Source: Acidiferrobacterales bacterium
GTDB lineage: Bacteria > Pseudomonadota > Gammaproteobacteria > Acidiferrobacterales > SPGG2
Direction: 5' to 3'
Assembly: GCA_046759385.1 (NCBI GenBank)
Contig: JBHICC010000010.1
Location: forward strand, 1,117-65,116
Length of the DNA stretch: 64,000 nt
Shown here: piece after piece, positions 23,613-33,736 of the stretch
Layout: each line of letters begins with the position of its first letter
Numbering within the stretch: the stretch's first letter is position 1
Notes under the pieces: generated by a model
Seen by the model: the letters and a program-made list of their open reading frames with translations, nothing else
The model's database searches: none
What the model was told of the DNA's origin: nothing
Position numbers and translations under genes: made by a program

Positions 23613-24944
23613 CTAGGCGTACCCCCCGAAAATCTGCATACGATCGTAAGTAAAAAGCTCGAGGTTCGAGTCGTTATTATCGTATCTTAGCTCTGTATTT
23701 ATAGTCCATTTCGGCCGAAACTGCCAGTTCCAGCCGATCCTTAACCTGACGAACGTTTCGTCTCGCGCGACGCCAAACACCGGTTGCGGTGCCTTGTGTT
23801 CGATCGCCTGAATGCCGACGTCGAAGAAAAAGAGCTGAACCGGCCTAGGGTTCCACTGGAATCCTATAAATAGTCCTACGTAGTCACGGGCTACGGCTGC
23901 AGCGCCTGGTCCGCTTTCCACATTCTCTTCGTCGCCGTAGAAGAGGCCGAGCCGGAACTGTTTGTTTGCGCGCGGAAATCGATGAGTCCAGGTGAGTCCC
24001 AAAAGCGCCAAATCGACATCACGAAACTTTTGCTCAGGATAACGCACACCACCGACCTGGCCAAAGGGCATGATGCGATCCGCGCGGCCGATGGCACGCT
24101 CCCACTCGCCGCCCACGAGTAGGATACGCCGGAATTCATCCCGATCCAGGAACAGATTTTCGTACTGGATCGGTAGTCGGAAAACACTGCGTTTGCCGAG
24201 AAAACTTATGCCTCCACGGAGTTGCAATTTTGCCGTATCGAACTCGTCATCAAAGCCGAAATCAACGTCGAAATTATCGCGGATGATGACCGCCGCTTGG
24301 CCAAAAAGTGCTTTCTTCTTACTGATTGGACGTAACGCCTCACCGGAGAGTTCGAACTCGACGAAGTTACTAGCCAGCTCCACGGCACCGGGAAGCAGAG
24401 ACACCGGACCAAGGGCGGGTGTGTTCACGGAGGTGCTCGCCGTCGCCGAGTTGACGTTCGTGTCGTGGCCCAGCCGAACTGCGGTGAAGGCGTGGTATGT
24501 TGGCCGTACCGCGGTTTCCTGCTCACGAATTTTCGCTAGAAACAGCTGGATCCGCTCACGTACATTCTGTGGCGGCTTGTGCGTAAGGACGATCTCAAAC
24601 TGCGTGCGCGCCTCCGGGAAATTCCCGAGCATAAAGTGTGCACGCGCGAACTCTAGACGCACACGGTCATTCTCAGGAAAAAGGAGCAAAACGCGCTCGA
24701 GCGCGAATACCGCGCGCTCAGGATGGCCAACCTCGAGCGCGGCGAGCGCAAAAGCGAAATCGAACTCCGGATCGCCCGCTTCCTTGGCGCTGCGTGCCAG
24801 CCCAAGCTCGTACGCTTGTCCTGCCGCACCCCCTTCGAGGAGCCGCTCAATCTCTCTCGCTGTCTCCCCTGCGATGGCGTTCCCTGCCTGGAGCGACCCC
24901 CACAGAAGAATCCCTAAGACACTTCCACGAAGGCAAGCCGCCAT
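23613..24944 (-). CDS. TPR + outer-membrane barrel, Slam/DUF560-like (possible 3' frameshift)
   Basis: Signal peptide; TPRs (GDPEFDFAFALAAL, AVFALERVL, RVRLEFARAHF); GHDTNVNSA; amphipathic strands; NDSNLELFTYDR near the end. Confidence 0.8.
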   Translation of the reverse strand: MAACLRGSVLGILLWGSLQAGNAIAGETAREIERLLEGGAAGQAYELGLARSAKEAGDPEFDFAFALAALEVGHPERAVFALERVLLLFPENDRVRLEFARAHFMLGNFPEARTQFEIVLTHKPPQNVRERIQLFLAKIREQETAVRPTYHAFTAVRLGHDTNVNSATASTSVNTPALGPVSLLPGAVELASNFVEFELSGEALRPISKKKALFGQAAVIIRDNFDVDFGFDDEFDTAKLQLRGGISFLGKRSVFRLPIQYENLFLDRDEFRRILLVGGEWERAIGRADRIMPFGQVGGVRYPEQKFRDVDLALLGLTWTHRFPRANKQFRLGLFYGDEENVESGPGAAAVARDYVGLFIGFQWNPRPVQLFFFDVGIQAIEHKAPQPVFGVARDETFVRLRIGWNWQFRPKWTINTELRYDNNDSNLELFTYDRMQIFGGYA

Positions 24945-25562
24945 TACCTCTCCTCTATGGATTTATCATTATCGTGTTTGTTCTTTTTTAAAGTCCTTTC
25001 GTTTCTTATTTAAAATAGTGGGCTTTCGCGAGCTTGTACAGCTACTTACGCAAGAGATCCGCTGCCTTGCATGAACTGCCAAGCGTAACCGCCTGGCCCC
25101 AGCACGTGAAATATGTAGGAGCGGTCGGGCACGACCTCTAGATAGGTGCAGCCTATGTCTGACTTCCTGTCGCTGGCATTAGTGTCCTTCTTTTACACGC
25201 CCACTTTTCCCTGTTATCAGGCCTCTTGCCCTATATTCATTACCCGTAGCGTCCGGCACCCTCTATTATTTTCCGCGCCCCGTGCGCCGAATCTGCAGCC
25301 TGTCCTTTGACATCGCCACCGTACTCGAAACGACATACGACTGCCAGCGCTAATGCTCAGGTGTCGTGGCCTCAGCAGTCGGCGTATCGGCAGCGATCTC
25401 TTTACCGAGGGCGTGAGGCAGTGAAATGATGGCGTTAGCGACATTAGTTAATGCCGTGCACAAACGCACGACCGATTTTCAGAGTGTCAAATGGAAGCGC
25501 TTTTAGCGACCTCATAGAGCAATAGCCCGTTTGGTGTCAGTTCTAGCAAGCGATTCCGGTAA

Positions 25563-26447
25563 ATGCCTATAAGAGAGACTCGCCATACCTTAGAGATCGG
25601 CAAGGGCATACCTCTGCATTACCGAATAGTTCGGGGCCCGAGTCAGCGACGGCCATTGTTGCTACTGCTGCATGGCATGGCCAGCAATCTGACACGCTGG
25701 TCAGAATTTGTGGAACAAACGAGCCTAAAGGACCATTGGGACATCATGCGCGTGGATCTGCGAGGGCATGGTGAACCCATCTACCGAGGTAGGCTTAGCA
25801 TGGAGATCTGGTCTCAAGACACCGTCCGGCTGCTTGATGCCGAGGGCTATGCGGAGGCAGTATTGATTGGCCACAGTCTAGGCGCGCAGCTGGCGCTACA
25901 TTTCGCCAGTCTGTGTCCAAACCGTACGCGTGGACTTGCGTTAATCGATCCGATACTGGGCCGACCGACAACGCCGATCGTGCGCGCCGGACGCCGTTAC
26001 CGACACGTGCTACGCGCACTTGTAATCATTGTCAGAGCGCTTAACCGCCTAGGTCTGTATCGCCGCCACATTCCGAATAGGGATCTAAAACTGCTCGATC
26101 TCCGAACGAGAGAAACGTTGCTTGCGGAAGGTAAGATCGAAGAATTAGTAAGCGAGTACTCCTCCCCTTGGCCTGACCTGAAGCATTTTCCAACAGCAAA
26201 CTTTATTGAAGAGGTCATCGAGATGGTACGTTCTGTACCTCCACCTACTCAGATTGAAGTGCCGGTCCTGGTACTGCTGTCAAAGGGCGGGACTTATGCC
26301 GACCCCAAAACAACTCGCGAGGCAATCGCCCAGTTTCCGAATGCGAAAACGGTAATCATCGATGCCGAACACTGGCCGTTAACAGAAAAACCAGTAGAGG
26401 TACGCGAGGCGATCGAACAATGGTGCAACGAGCTTGAACGGCCTTAG
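25563..26447 (+). CDS. Alpha/beta hydrolase
   Basis: LLHG, DLRGHG, GHSLG nucleophile elbow, C-terminal His (AEHW). Confidence 0.92.
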   Translation: MPIRETRHTLEIGKGIPLHYRIVRGPSQRRPLLLLLHGMASNLTRWSEFVEQTSLKDHWDIMRVDLRGHGEPIYRGRLSMEIWSQDTVRLLDAEGYAEAVLIGHSLGAQLALHFASLCPNRTRGLALIDPILGRPTTPIVRAGRRYRHVLRALVIIVRALNRLGLYRRHIPNRDLKLLDLRTRETLLAEGKIEELVSEYSSPWPDLKHFPTANFIEEVIEMVRSVPPPTQIEVPVLVLLSKGGTYADPKTTREAIAQFPNAKTVIIDAEHWPLTEKPVEVREAIEQWCNELERP

Positions 26448-26502
26448 CCGGTAACGCTGGCGGGAACAACGGCCAGGTGCCCAGCTGTTGCGATTGAGTG
26501 AT

Positions 26503-27981
26503 TCAGGACTTTATGACTACAAAGAACTTGCCGCCGCGCCGTCTAACCAGCAACAGCGGATCGTCATCCTTGTTTAGTTGAGCCGTGATCTGCTTGTAGT
26601 CTTCGACCCCTTGAATCGGCTTGCGGTTGATTTCAGTGATCACGTCACCCGGGCGTATTCCAGCGGCGGCGGCGCTACTCGTGGGATCCACATCGGTAAC
26701 GACGACACCCTGCGCATCAGGTGGCAAGCCTAACCGTTCCGCAATCTCACTCGTGAGATTCCGTACCTCGAGTCCCGCCAACGCGGCGTTTGCACTTTCA
26801 CTTTCGATACTCTGGTCTTCTTGGCCGATGCTGGCCAGGTCCTTCGGCTGCTCACCGATGCGGATCGCTATCGTTTTAGGGCGCTTGTTGCGAATAACCT
26901 TGACTTTGACCTTCTTCCCGACAGCCGTTTGCGCCACGATGTTACGTAAGGCGGTTTGATCCTCCACCCCCTTACCGTCGAACTCGACGATAACGTCACC
27001 CGATCGAATCCCCCCCTTCGATGCCGGGCTCCCAGCCAGCACCTCGCTAACCAATGCGCCCTTGGCTTTCGGGAGCCCGAAGTTCTGCGCCAGATCCGCG
27101 GTTACGCCCTGGATCGAGACGCCTAGCCAACCCCGCACAACCTTCCCGCTGTCGATTAGGCTTCGCATCACGCTGCGGGTCATGTTACTCGGAACCGCGA
27201 AGCCGATGCCCATATAGCCGCCGCTACGGCTAAAAATCGCCGTGTTGATACCAACGAGCTCGCCGTGCACGTTGACCATGGCACCGCCAGAGTTGCCAGG
27301 ATTAATCGCCGCGTCAGTCTGGATGAAATCCTCGTAGTCGGCGATACCCACGTTAGCGCGCCCGACTGCGCTGACAATGCCCATGGTGACAGTCTGGTTC
27401 AACCCAAACGGATTGCCAATCGCAAGTACGTACTCGCCTACCTCGAGCGCATCCGAGTCTCCCCATGTGACTGTAGGTAGGTCGTTGCCGTCGATCTTTA
27501 TCACAGCCAGGTCGGTCTTCGGGTCGGTCCCGATCACCTTGCCAATGAAGTCGCGCTTGTCGCTGAGCACCACTTTGATTTCGTCTGCATTGGCAATCAC
27601 GTGATTGTTAGTCACGATGTAGCCCGAAGGGTCGACAATCACGCCTGAGCCGAGGCTAGCCTGCGACCGCCGCTCGGGCGGCACCCCGAACCGACGGAAA
27701 AACTCGTCGCCGAAGAAACGGCGGAAAAACGGATCATCAAAGCGCGGCCCCAGCTCTTCCATTTCAGAAGACTTTACGACGTGTGTTGTCGAAATATTGA
27801 CCACGGCCGGCGTGACTGCTCTGACGATCTCAGTAAAGTTGTACGCCGGAACTTGCATCAGCGGCGGTGCTGCACGGGCAATGGGCGTCCAGCCGACCCA
27901 ACTTGTAGCAATGACCCCTAGCAGCACACCGAAGACAGCCCGGTAGCCTCGAGATCTGAATGAACGACGGTCAATATCCAT
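26503..27981 (-). CDS. DegP/DegQ (HtrA) periplasmic serine protease, two PDZ domains
   Basis: TNNHV, TDLAV, QTDAAINPGNSGG, two PDZ repeats. Confidence 0.96.
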   Translation of the reverse strand: MDIDRRSFRSRGYRAVFGVLLGVIATSWVGWTPIARAAPPLMQVPAYNFTEIVRAVTPAVVNISTTHVVKSSEMEELGPRFDDPFFRRFFGDEFFRRFGVPPERRSQASLGSGVIVDPSGYIVTNNHVIANADEIKVVLSDKRDFIGKVIGTDPKTDLAVIKIDGNDLPTVTWGDSDALEVGEYVLAIGNPFGLNQTVTMGIVSAVGRANVGIADYEDFIQTDAAINPGNSGGAMVNVHGELVGINTAIFSRSGGYMGIGFAVPSNMTRSVMRSLIDSGKVVRGWLGVSIQGVTADLAQNFGLPKAKGALVSEVLAGSPASKGGIRSGDVIVEFDGKGVEDQTALRNIVAQTAVGKKVKVKVIRNKRPKTIAIRIGEQPKDLASIGQEDQSIESESANAALAGLEVRNLTSEIAERLGLPPDAQGVVVTDVDPTSSAAAAGIRPGDVITEINRKPIQGVEDYKQITAQLNKDDDPLLLVRRRGGKFFVVIKS

Positions 27982-28332
27982 ACGGTACCCTCGTAGCGGC
28001 GATTCGTTACGCTCGTGTTAGTTTGGTCTAAGCAATTTTCGTGGCACGTCCGACTTGCTTTCACATGACCGCGAATGCACGTTCGCTTCGTCGACGAAAA
28101 TCATACTATCCGCGCTGCACCCGCCCGACTCGCATGCGTTCGAGCCTTCCCGCAGGTATTGTAGCTGGATTGCGGCGACACCGTGTACGCCGTTCTCGGC
28201 CCGGAGGATGGAAGACGTTACGATTGACAAGTTCCGGGCCGAGATAGTTCCCTACGATATGAATTATCGCCTTTGCCTTTAGCCTTTATTTCAAGTCTTT
28301 TTCCGCCTCAAAGCTAGACAGACGGCGGCGCC

Positions 28333-29664
28333 TTAGGCGGCTGTCAAAGCCGCACGGCGGCCCCGAGCTTCGTCTACCAAGCTCAGCAGCAGCAGTCCCA
28401 CGATGAAGAAGGTCACCGTCGACAAGACCGCCGCACGCTGATTGCCGCCTGACAGAAAGGTGATTGTCCCGTAGCTCAGCGGGCCAACAACAGCGGCAAG
28501 CTTACTGGCCAACCCCCACAGACCGAAGAACTCAGCGGAGCGCCTCGGTGGTGCAAATTGGCCGACCAAAGCGCGGCCAGCAGACTGACTAGATCCCAAG
28601 GCAAGCCCCACCAGGTTACCGACGATCCAAAAAGCGCCGCGACTCTCAGTGAAGTAAGCTAAAACTAGGGCAGCAATCCAGAGCGCGAGTGTCAGTGCCA
28701 GAGTCCGCAGCGATCCTAGTTTGTCCTGAACATGACCAAAAACGAAAGCGCCCGCGGCCGCAGTCACATTGATCACCAGGATTAGTATTAGCGTGTCTCC
28801 CGTACTGAAATCCATTACCTCGCGCGCATAGACAGCGGCTAGCACGACCACCGTATAGATTCCACAGTAGTACACCGTCAGGCTGAGCAAGAAACGGAAC
28901 AGATCACGAAAGTGTCGAACATGACGCAAGGTTGCCATGACACGCGTGAAACCAATGCTTACATACCCTTGACCCGCCGACAGCGGTGACACCGTCGCAC
29001 GTTCAGGCAACCACAAGAACGTCGGCATCGCGGCCAGGCCGAAAATGATCGCCGTCATCACCATGGTAACGGGAACGTACTCAGGCGCGGCTTGACCTTG
29101 GGATTCAGCCCAGCTCACATAAACAAGGCAAAAACCGAGCACTAGCAAGCCCCCGAGGTAGCCAAGCGACCAACCGTAGCCGGATATTCGACCCATATCC
29201 CCCTGCGGCGCGATCTCGGGTAAGAATGCGGCAATCAGATTCTCCCCGGTCCCGAACATGAACGCGGACAGAATCACCAGCACCATTCCAAGCCAGACAT
29301 CACCGGGTCCTACGATCGCAAGCAGCGCGGTAGAAATGACGCAGCCCGCGGTGGTCACCGCCAGAAAGCGTTTCTTGTCAGCACGATGATCAGCGATGGC
29401 ACCGAGTACCGGCGCGCTGAACAGTATCAACGCATTCGTAATAGCAATCGCCACGGTCCAGTACAGTGTGCCTGCGCCGCTAGCGGCCCCCCCTACACTG
29501 GCCGCCACTACACCGACGAAATAAGCGTTAAACACTGCGGTCAGAACCACAGTCGTATAGCCCGAGTTCGCAAAGTCGTACATTGCCCAGGCAAACAACT
29601 CGCGCCGCGGCGCTAACACTATATTGGCGGGGCGTACTAAGGTTTCGGCAATGTTGTCAGTCAC
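28333..29664 (-). CDS. MFS transporter (UMF1/Atg22-like)
   Basis: WAMYDFANSGY, GRISGYGWSLGYLGG, AEFFGLW. Confidence 0.9.
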   Translation of the reverse strand: MTDNIAETLVRPANIVLAPRRELFAWAMYDFANSGYTTVVLTAVFNAYFVGVVAASVGGAASGAGTLYWTVAIAITNALILFSAPVLGAIADHRADKKRFLAVTTAGCVISTALLAIVGPGDVWLGMVLVILSAFMFGTGENLIAAFLPEIAPQGDMGRISGYGWSLGYLGGLLVLGFCLVYVSWAESQGQAAPEYVPVTMVMTAIIFGLAAMPTFLWLPERATVSPLSAGQGYVSIGFTRVMATLRHVRHFRDLFRFLLSLTVYYCGIYTVVVLAAVYAREVMDFSTGDTLILILVINVTAAAGAFVFGHVQDKLGSLRTLALTLALWIAALVLAYFTESRGAFWIVGNLVGLALGSSQSAGRALVGQFAPPRRSAEFFGLWGLASKLAAVVGPLSYGTITFLSGGNQRAAVLSTVTFFIVGLLLLSLVDEARGRRAALTAA

Positions 29665-29741
29665 GAATGTACTGCGGGATCGAAACCGACTAGGGAAGAG
29701 ACGAGAACGGTGCGCATTGAGCTATGTAGACGGACAACGCG

Positions 29742-30137
29742 TTAGTTGTCGCTTTGATCACCGCGCGTTTGAAAAAGATCCGGGCCTTCTTCCCCATTAA
29801 CTTTGCGCGCGACGTAGAGATGGACGAGCCTGAGGACTTCCTCACAGTATGGATAGTTCACACGATAGTAGACTTCCTTACCGCGTTTTTCGCTCAGCAG
29901 AAGCTCGGCGTTACGCAGGACCTTGAGGTGATGAGAGATTGCAGGACGGCTGAGCTGAAACAGGCGGGCAATGTCATTTACGCATATCTCTTCGCCGCGC
30001 TCGAATACCAAGAGGATCTTCTGTCGTGTTGGATCTCCCAGCGCTGAGAAGAAGCGGGCGAATTGGCCCCAACCTTCCGGGAGGCTGTGAGCGTACTTCG
30101 GATTCATACTGCCGAACTCAATAACTACTGACTGCAC
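29742..30137 (-). CDS. ArsR/SmtB family regulator (start may be ATG 30107)
   Basis: FSALGDPTRQKIL, LSRPAISHHLKVL, KRGKEVYY. Confidence 0.93.
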   Translation of the reverse strand: MQSVVIEFGSMNPKYAHSLPEGWGQFARFFSALGDPTRQKILLVFERGEEICVNDIARLFQLSRPAISHHLKVLRNAELLLSEKRGKEVYYRVNYPYCEEVLRLVHLYVARKVNGEEGPDLFQTRGDQSDN

Positions 30138-30164
30138 CGCGCTTAGCAGCGGCAGGAACGTGGC

Positions 30165-30211
30165 AGCATAATCAACTGACGTAATATGTCAACAAATGTT
30201 GACATATTACG
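30165..30211 (-). promoter_or_regulatory. Sigma70 promoter with perfect 15-2-15 palindromic operator
   Basis: CGTAATATGTCAACA-AA-TGTTGACATATTACG at 30180-30211; minus-strand TTGACA-16 nt-TATGCT upstream of the ArsR gene. Confidence 0.8.
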
Positions 30212-30244
30212 CGGGCCTCGGTAGGCCGGGACTGGGGCCGTCGG

Positions 30245-31252
30245 CTACCCGTGCGGACGGGCAAGGACGAGCGAGAAATACCGGTTTTGCGGCTGGAAGT
30301 GCTGCTCCGCAACAAACCCGCCGTCAACAAGCATCTGATCCAACGATGCGAGTGTGAACTTGCGGCTGATCTCCGTGAGTATCGACTCGCCGGGTGCGAA
30401 CGCCACTGACTGGTCGAGCTCCCCAATGCGAACAACCTGCGCAGTTTTGGATCGAATATGCATCTCGATACGCGCTTGCGCATCGTTATACCAAGCATGA
30501 TGGTGAAATGAGTGCAAATCGAATTCACCCGCCAATTCCCGGTTAATGACTTCGAGCGCATTGAGGTTAAAGTCAGCTGTCAGTCCGGCGGTGTCGTTAT
30601 ATGCGGCATTAAGTACGTTGACATCCTTAACACGATCGGCCCCCAGTAGGAGCCAGTCTCGATCTTCCATCATTATCCGGACGGTTCGCAAAAAACGCGC
30701 GGTTTCGTGCGAATCGAAGTTGCCGATGGTACTGCCGAGAAACGGGAACAAACGCGTGCCGTCTCCCCGCGGAATTTGCCCTAAGTCACTACAGTAATCG
30801 CCGACGAGTGCTTCGATTTCAAGCCAGCCGTACTCGCGGGTGAGTCGTCGTGCTGCATCGAGCAACATCTCGGCGCACACGTCCAGGGGTAGATAGCGTA
30901 CGTGGCACCGCTGACGATCACACGCCTGCAGGAGTCGCACAGTCTTGCGCGATGCTCCGCTGCCGAGCTCTAGAATGGTCTCAGGACGCACGCGCTCGAT
31001 CAGCCCATCCGCGATGTCGGCAAGCAGGCTGTCTTCCGTGCGCGTTAGGTAATATTCCGGTGTCCCGCAAATTCGGTCGAATAGTAAAGAACCACGTTCG
31101 TCGTAAAAATACTTCGGTAGCAGGTACTTCGGGGTCGAGGAAAGGCCAGCCTGCACATCATCGGCGAAATCGCGCATAGGATCGCAATCGCTCAGATGTG
31201 TTATTGTGATCCGATCGCGTTCCTCGCGCGTCAGCGCCCGCATCGGGTCCAT
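30245..31252 (-). CDS. egtD: L-histidine N-alpha-methyltransferase (EgtD family)
   Basis: PKYFYDERGSLLFD, PEYYLTRTE, ELGSG, FLGSTIGNF, AYND, TEISRKF; GGGAGG RBS before ATG 31252. Confidence 0.92.
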   Translation of the reverse strand: MDPMRALTREERDRITITHLSDCDPMRDFADDVQAGLSSTPKYLLPKYFYDERGSLLFDRICGTPEYYLTRTEDSLLADIADGLIERVRPETILELGSGASRKTVRLLQACDRQRCHVRYLPLDVCAEMLLDAARRLTREYGWLEIEALVGDYCSDLGQIPRGDGTRLFPFLGSTIGNFDSHETARFLRTVRIMMEDRDWLLLGADRVKDVNVLNAAYNDTAGLTADFNLNALEVINRELAGEFDLHSFHHHAWYNDAQARIEMHIRSKTAQVVRIGELDQSVAFAPGESILTEISRKFTLASLDQMLVDGGFVAEQHFQPQNRYFSLVLARPHG

Positions 31253-31436
31253 GATGCCTCCCTTTAGTCTTGTTCTTACAGGTGTCGTTATTATGGCGCT
31301 GCCGAAAACGGCGATGGCCACGGGTTTATTAAACCTTACATCGCGCCCTTATTAAACCTTGATTTTCACCAGCTGGGTTACCATTGGTTAAGATGAACCA
31401 TCACCGCTCATTTCTTCGATCATAGCCGGTGCATCG

Positions 31437-31964
31437 ATGAGTCAGCATCAAAACAAGTCTCAAGGTCGCTTGGGCAAGGGCATGATTTACGCGGCGTGGC
31501 TACTAGCCCTTGCCCTCTTGACTTGGGTGTTCAGCGGATGGCTCCATGAGCAACGCAATCCCAACCGGGAGGTACGAAGCTTTATTCAAGGCGGGCAAGC
31601 CACGGTTGTACTCGAGCGCAACCGGTACGGACATTACAACGCGGCCGGCCAGATCAATGGCGAGGATGTCGAGTTCATGCTCGATACGGGGGCGACGACT
31701 GTGTCAGTTCCTGCTGGGCTTGCACAACAACTGGGGCTTAAGAAGGGTCCGGCGATAGCTGCCACAACTGCTAACGGCACAATCACCACCTATCTCACGC
31801 GGCTCGACAGCGTGCGACTCGGCACCATAGAGCTGCGCGATATCCGAGCGAGCATAAACCCCCATATGCGAGGACACGAAGTACTGCTGGGCATGAGCTT
31901 TCTCAAGAACCTCGAATTTAGCCAACGGGGCCGCGCCTTGATATTGAAACATCCCGCGCCGTGA
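31437..31964 (+). CDS. Membrane-anchored clan AA aspartic protease (TIGR02281-like)
   Basis: TM helix, [18 protein letters not shown]. Confidence 0.92.
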   Translation: MSQHQNKSQGRLGKGMIYAAWLLALALLTWVFSGWLHEQRNPNREVRSFIQGGQATVVLERNRYGHYNAAGQINGEDVEFMLDTGATTVSVPAGLAQQLGLKKGPAIAATTANGTITTYLTRLDSVRLGTIELRDIRASINPHMRGHEVLLGMSFLKNLEFSQRGRALILKHPAP

Positions 31965-32830
31965 ATACGCCAGACACGGATTCGGGTGGGCAGATGGACG
32001 AAACCATAAGCCAAGAGGAGATCACGAACATTGTACGCCACGCGTTGGCTGAGGACATTGGCATTGGCGATTTGACGGCTAGCCTTATACCGAGCGATCG
32101 AGCTATACAGTCCACGGTTATCACGCGGCAAGACGCCGTACTGTGTGGCACAGAATGGTTCAATGAGGTTTTCCGTCAATTGGATGGCAAAGTCACGGTT
32201 ACATGGTTTGCGGCAGACAGCGATCGCATTCAATCAGGGCAGACGCTTTGCCGACTGGAAGGCCCTGCGCAAGCGATCTTGAGCGGCGAGCGTATGGCAC
32301 TCAACTTTCTGCAGCTCCTATCAGGGACCGCAACCCGAGCGCGAACTTATGTAGATGCGGTAAGCGGAACCCAGGCCCGGATACTTGATACGCGCAAGAC
32401 CCTGCCCGGTCTGCGCCTGGCACAGAAGTACGCTGTGCGTTGTGGGGGCGCAGAAAACCATCGCATGGGGCTCTACGACGGCATCCTCATTAAGGAGAAT
32501 CATATTGTCGCTGCTGGCTCGATCGGCCACGCTGTCGAGCAGGCCAGAGTCACGGCGCCAAAAGATATTCCAATCGAGGTGGAGGTAGAGAGCCTCGACG
32601 AAATGCGCCAAGCACTTGCCGCCGGCGCACAGAATCTGCTCGTGGACAACTTCGATCTAGAAAACCTAAGAATCGCTGTAAGAGCAACCCGTGGCCGCGC
32701 GACGGTAGAAGCATCGGGCGGCATTACCCTGGACGATATTCGCGCTGTAGCTGAGACCGGTGTCGACTATATATCGATTGGTGCGCTCACTAAAGACGTG
32801 GAAGCGGTCGATTTCTCGATGCGATTCTGA
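31961..32830 (+). CDS. nadC: Quinolinate phosphoribosyltransferase
   Basis: [33 protein letters not shown]. Confidence 0.97.
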   Translation: MNTPDTDSGGQMDETISQEEITNIVRHALAEDIGIGDLTASLIPSDRAIQSTVITRQDAVLCGTEWFNEVFRQLDGKVTVTWFAADSDRIQSGQTLCRLEGPAQAILSGERMALNFLQLLSGTATRARTYVDAVSGTQARILDTRKTLPGLRLAQKYAVRCGGAENHRMGLYDGILIKENHIVAAGSIGHAVEQARVTAPKDIPIEVEVESLDEMRQALAAGAQNLLVDNFDLENLRIAVRATRGRATVEASGGITLDDIRAVAETGVDYISIGALTKDVEAVDFSMRF

Positions 32831-32848
32831 TGTAACTGTGCTGCTAGT

Positions 32849-33601
32849 TCACTCCACCCCGTCGAGCCATATCACGGATGCCATGTGCCCACACACACGG
32901 TCACGGCGGTAGGAAAAAAATCGTTGCCGGTCGCTCACCGTACAATAGCTCCCGCCGGTGATACACTCGACTCCTGCAGCATTGAGTCGCTGCGTTACCA
33001 AGGAATAGATATCGGCAAACCAGCGTCCATTTTCCTTTGTGGTAAAGGCCTCGGCGGCATTTGAATCCTTTTCTACGAACGCTTCATAGACGTCGTCGCG
33101 CACTTCAAATGCCTTCGGGCCGATGGCAGGACCTAGCCACGCCAACAGGTCGGAACCGGCTACACCCAGCTTTTCGACCCCCTGCTCCACCACGCCGCCC
33201 GCGAGCCCTCGCCAACCCGCGTGCAATATGGCCACTCGCGTTCCCTGTCGATCGCATAGAAACACAGGACAACAATCAGCGGTAAGGGCAGCGCATACAA
33301 CCCCATTCTGGTTTGTGTAGCTGCCGTCCGCCTCGCTGTAGCGCCTGGCGGCAGAAGCATCGATGACATCGGTGCCGTGCGTTTGCCGCAACCATATCGG
33401 TTCCGATGGCAAGTCGCCCGCTTTTATCAAGAGCGCCCGATTCCGCTTCACGCTCGCCGCGTCGTCACCCGCTCGCATGCTGAGATTAAACGAATCGAAT
33501 GGTGCTTCGCTATATCCACCCAGACGTGTCGTCGTGAGCGCTTTCACATTCGCCGGCGCCGGCCAATCTGGGTGAATAAACTCCGGTTCTTTACTCATCA
33601 C
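32849..33601 (-). CDS. pgeF: PgeF/YfiH purine nucleoside phosphorylase-like protein
   Basis: PDWPAP, QTHG, TADCCPV, HAGWRG, FFSYRR; downstream of rluD. Confidence 0.95.
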   Translation of the reverse strand: MMSKEPEFIHPDWPAPANVKALTTTRLGGYSEAPFDSFNLSMRAGDDAASVKRNRALLIKAGDLPSEPIWLRQTHGTDVIDASAARRYSEADGSYTNQNGVVCAALTADCCPVFLCDRQGTRVAILHAGWRGLAGGVVEQGVEKLGVAGSDLLAWLGPAIGPKAFEVRDDVYEAFVEKDSNAAEAFTTKENGRWFADIYSLVTQRLNAAGVECITGGSYCTVSDRQRFFSYRRDRVCGHMASVIWLDGVE

Positions 33602-33736
33602 CCCCTCCCTAGTCCTCCTCCATCAGCAGCAAGGGAGGCCAGCGCTACGTCAGTATTGCTATTCAGCATTTCCCAAGCATAACGTATGCAAGCGGTGCCC
33701 GCTCTGCTCAACTCCCCCTCCCCTTCCGGGAGAGGG
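33601..33736. repeat. Two degenerate REP-like GC palindromic elements
   Basis: CCCCCTCCCTAGTCCTCCTCC...GGGAGG (33601-33638) and CCCCCTCCCCTTCCGGGAGAGGG (33714-33736). Confidence 0.5.

Noticed and set aside
24070-25074. 334-aa plus-strand ORF and similar long antisense ORFs (e.g. 3328-4146, 15686-16486, 18623-19288)
   Set aside because: Shadows of well-supported genes on the opposite strand, expected in GC-rich DNA.
28018-28282. Short overlapping ORFs between the HtrA gene and the MFS gene
   Set aside because: No recognisable motif; several competing frames.
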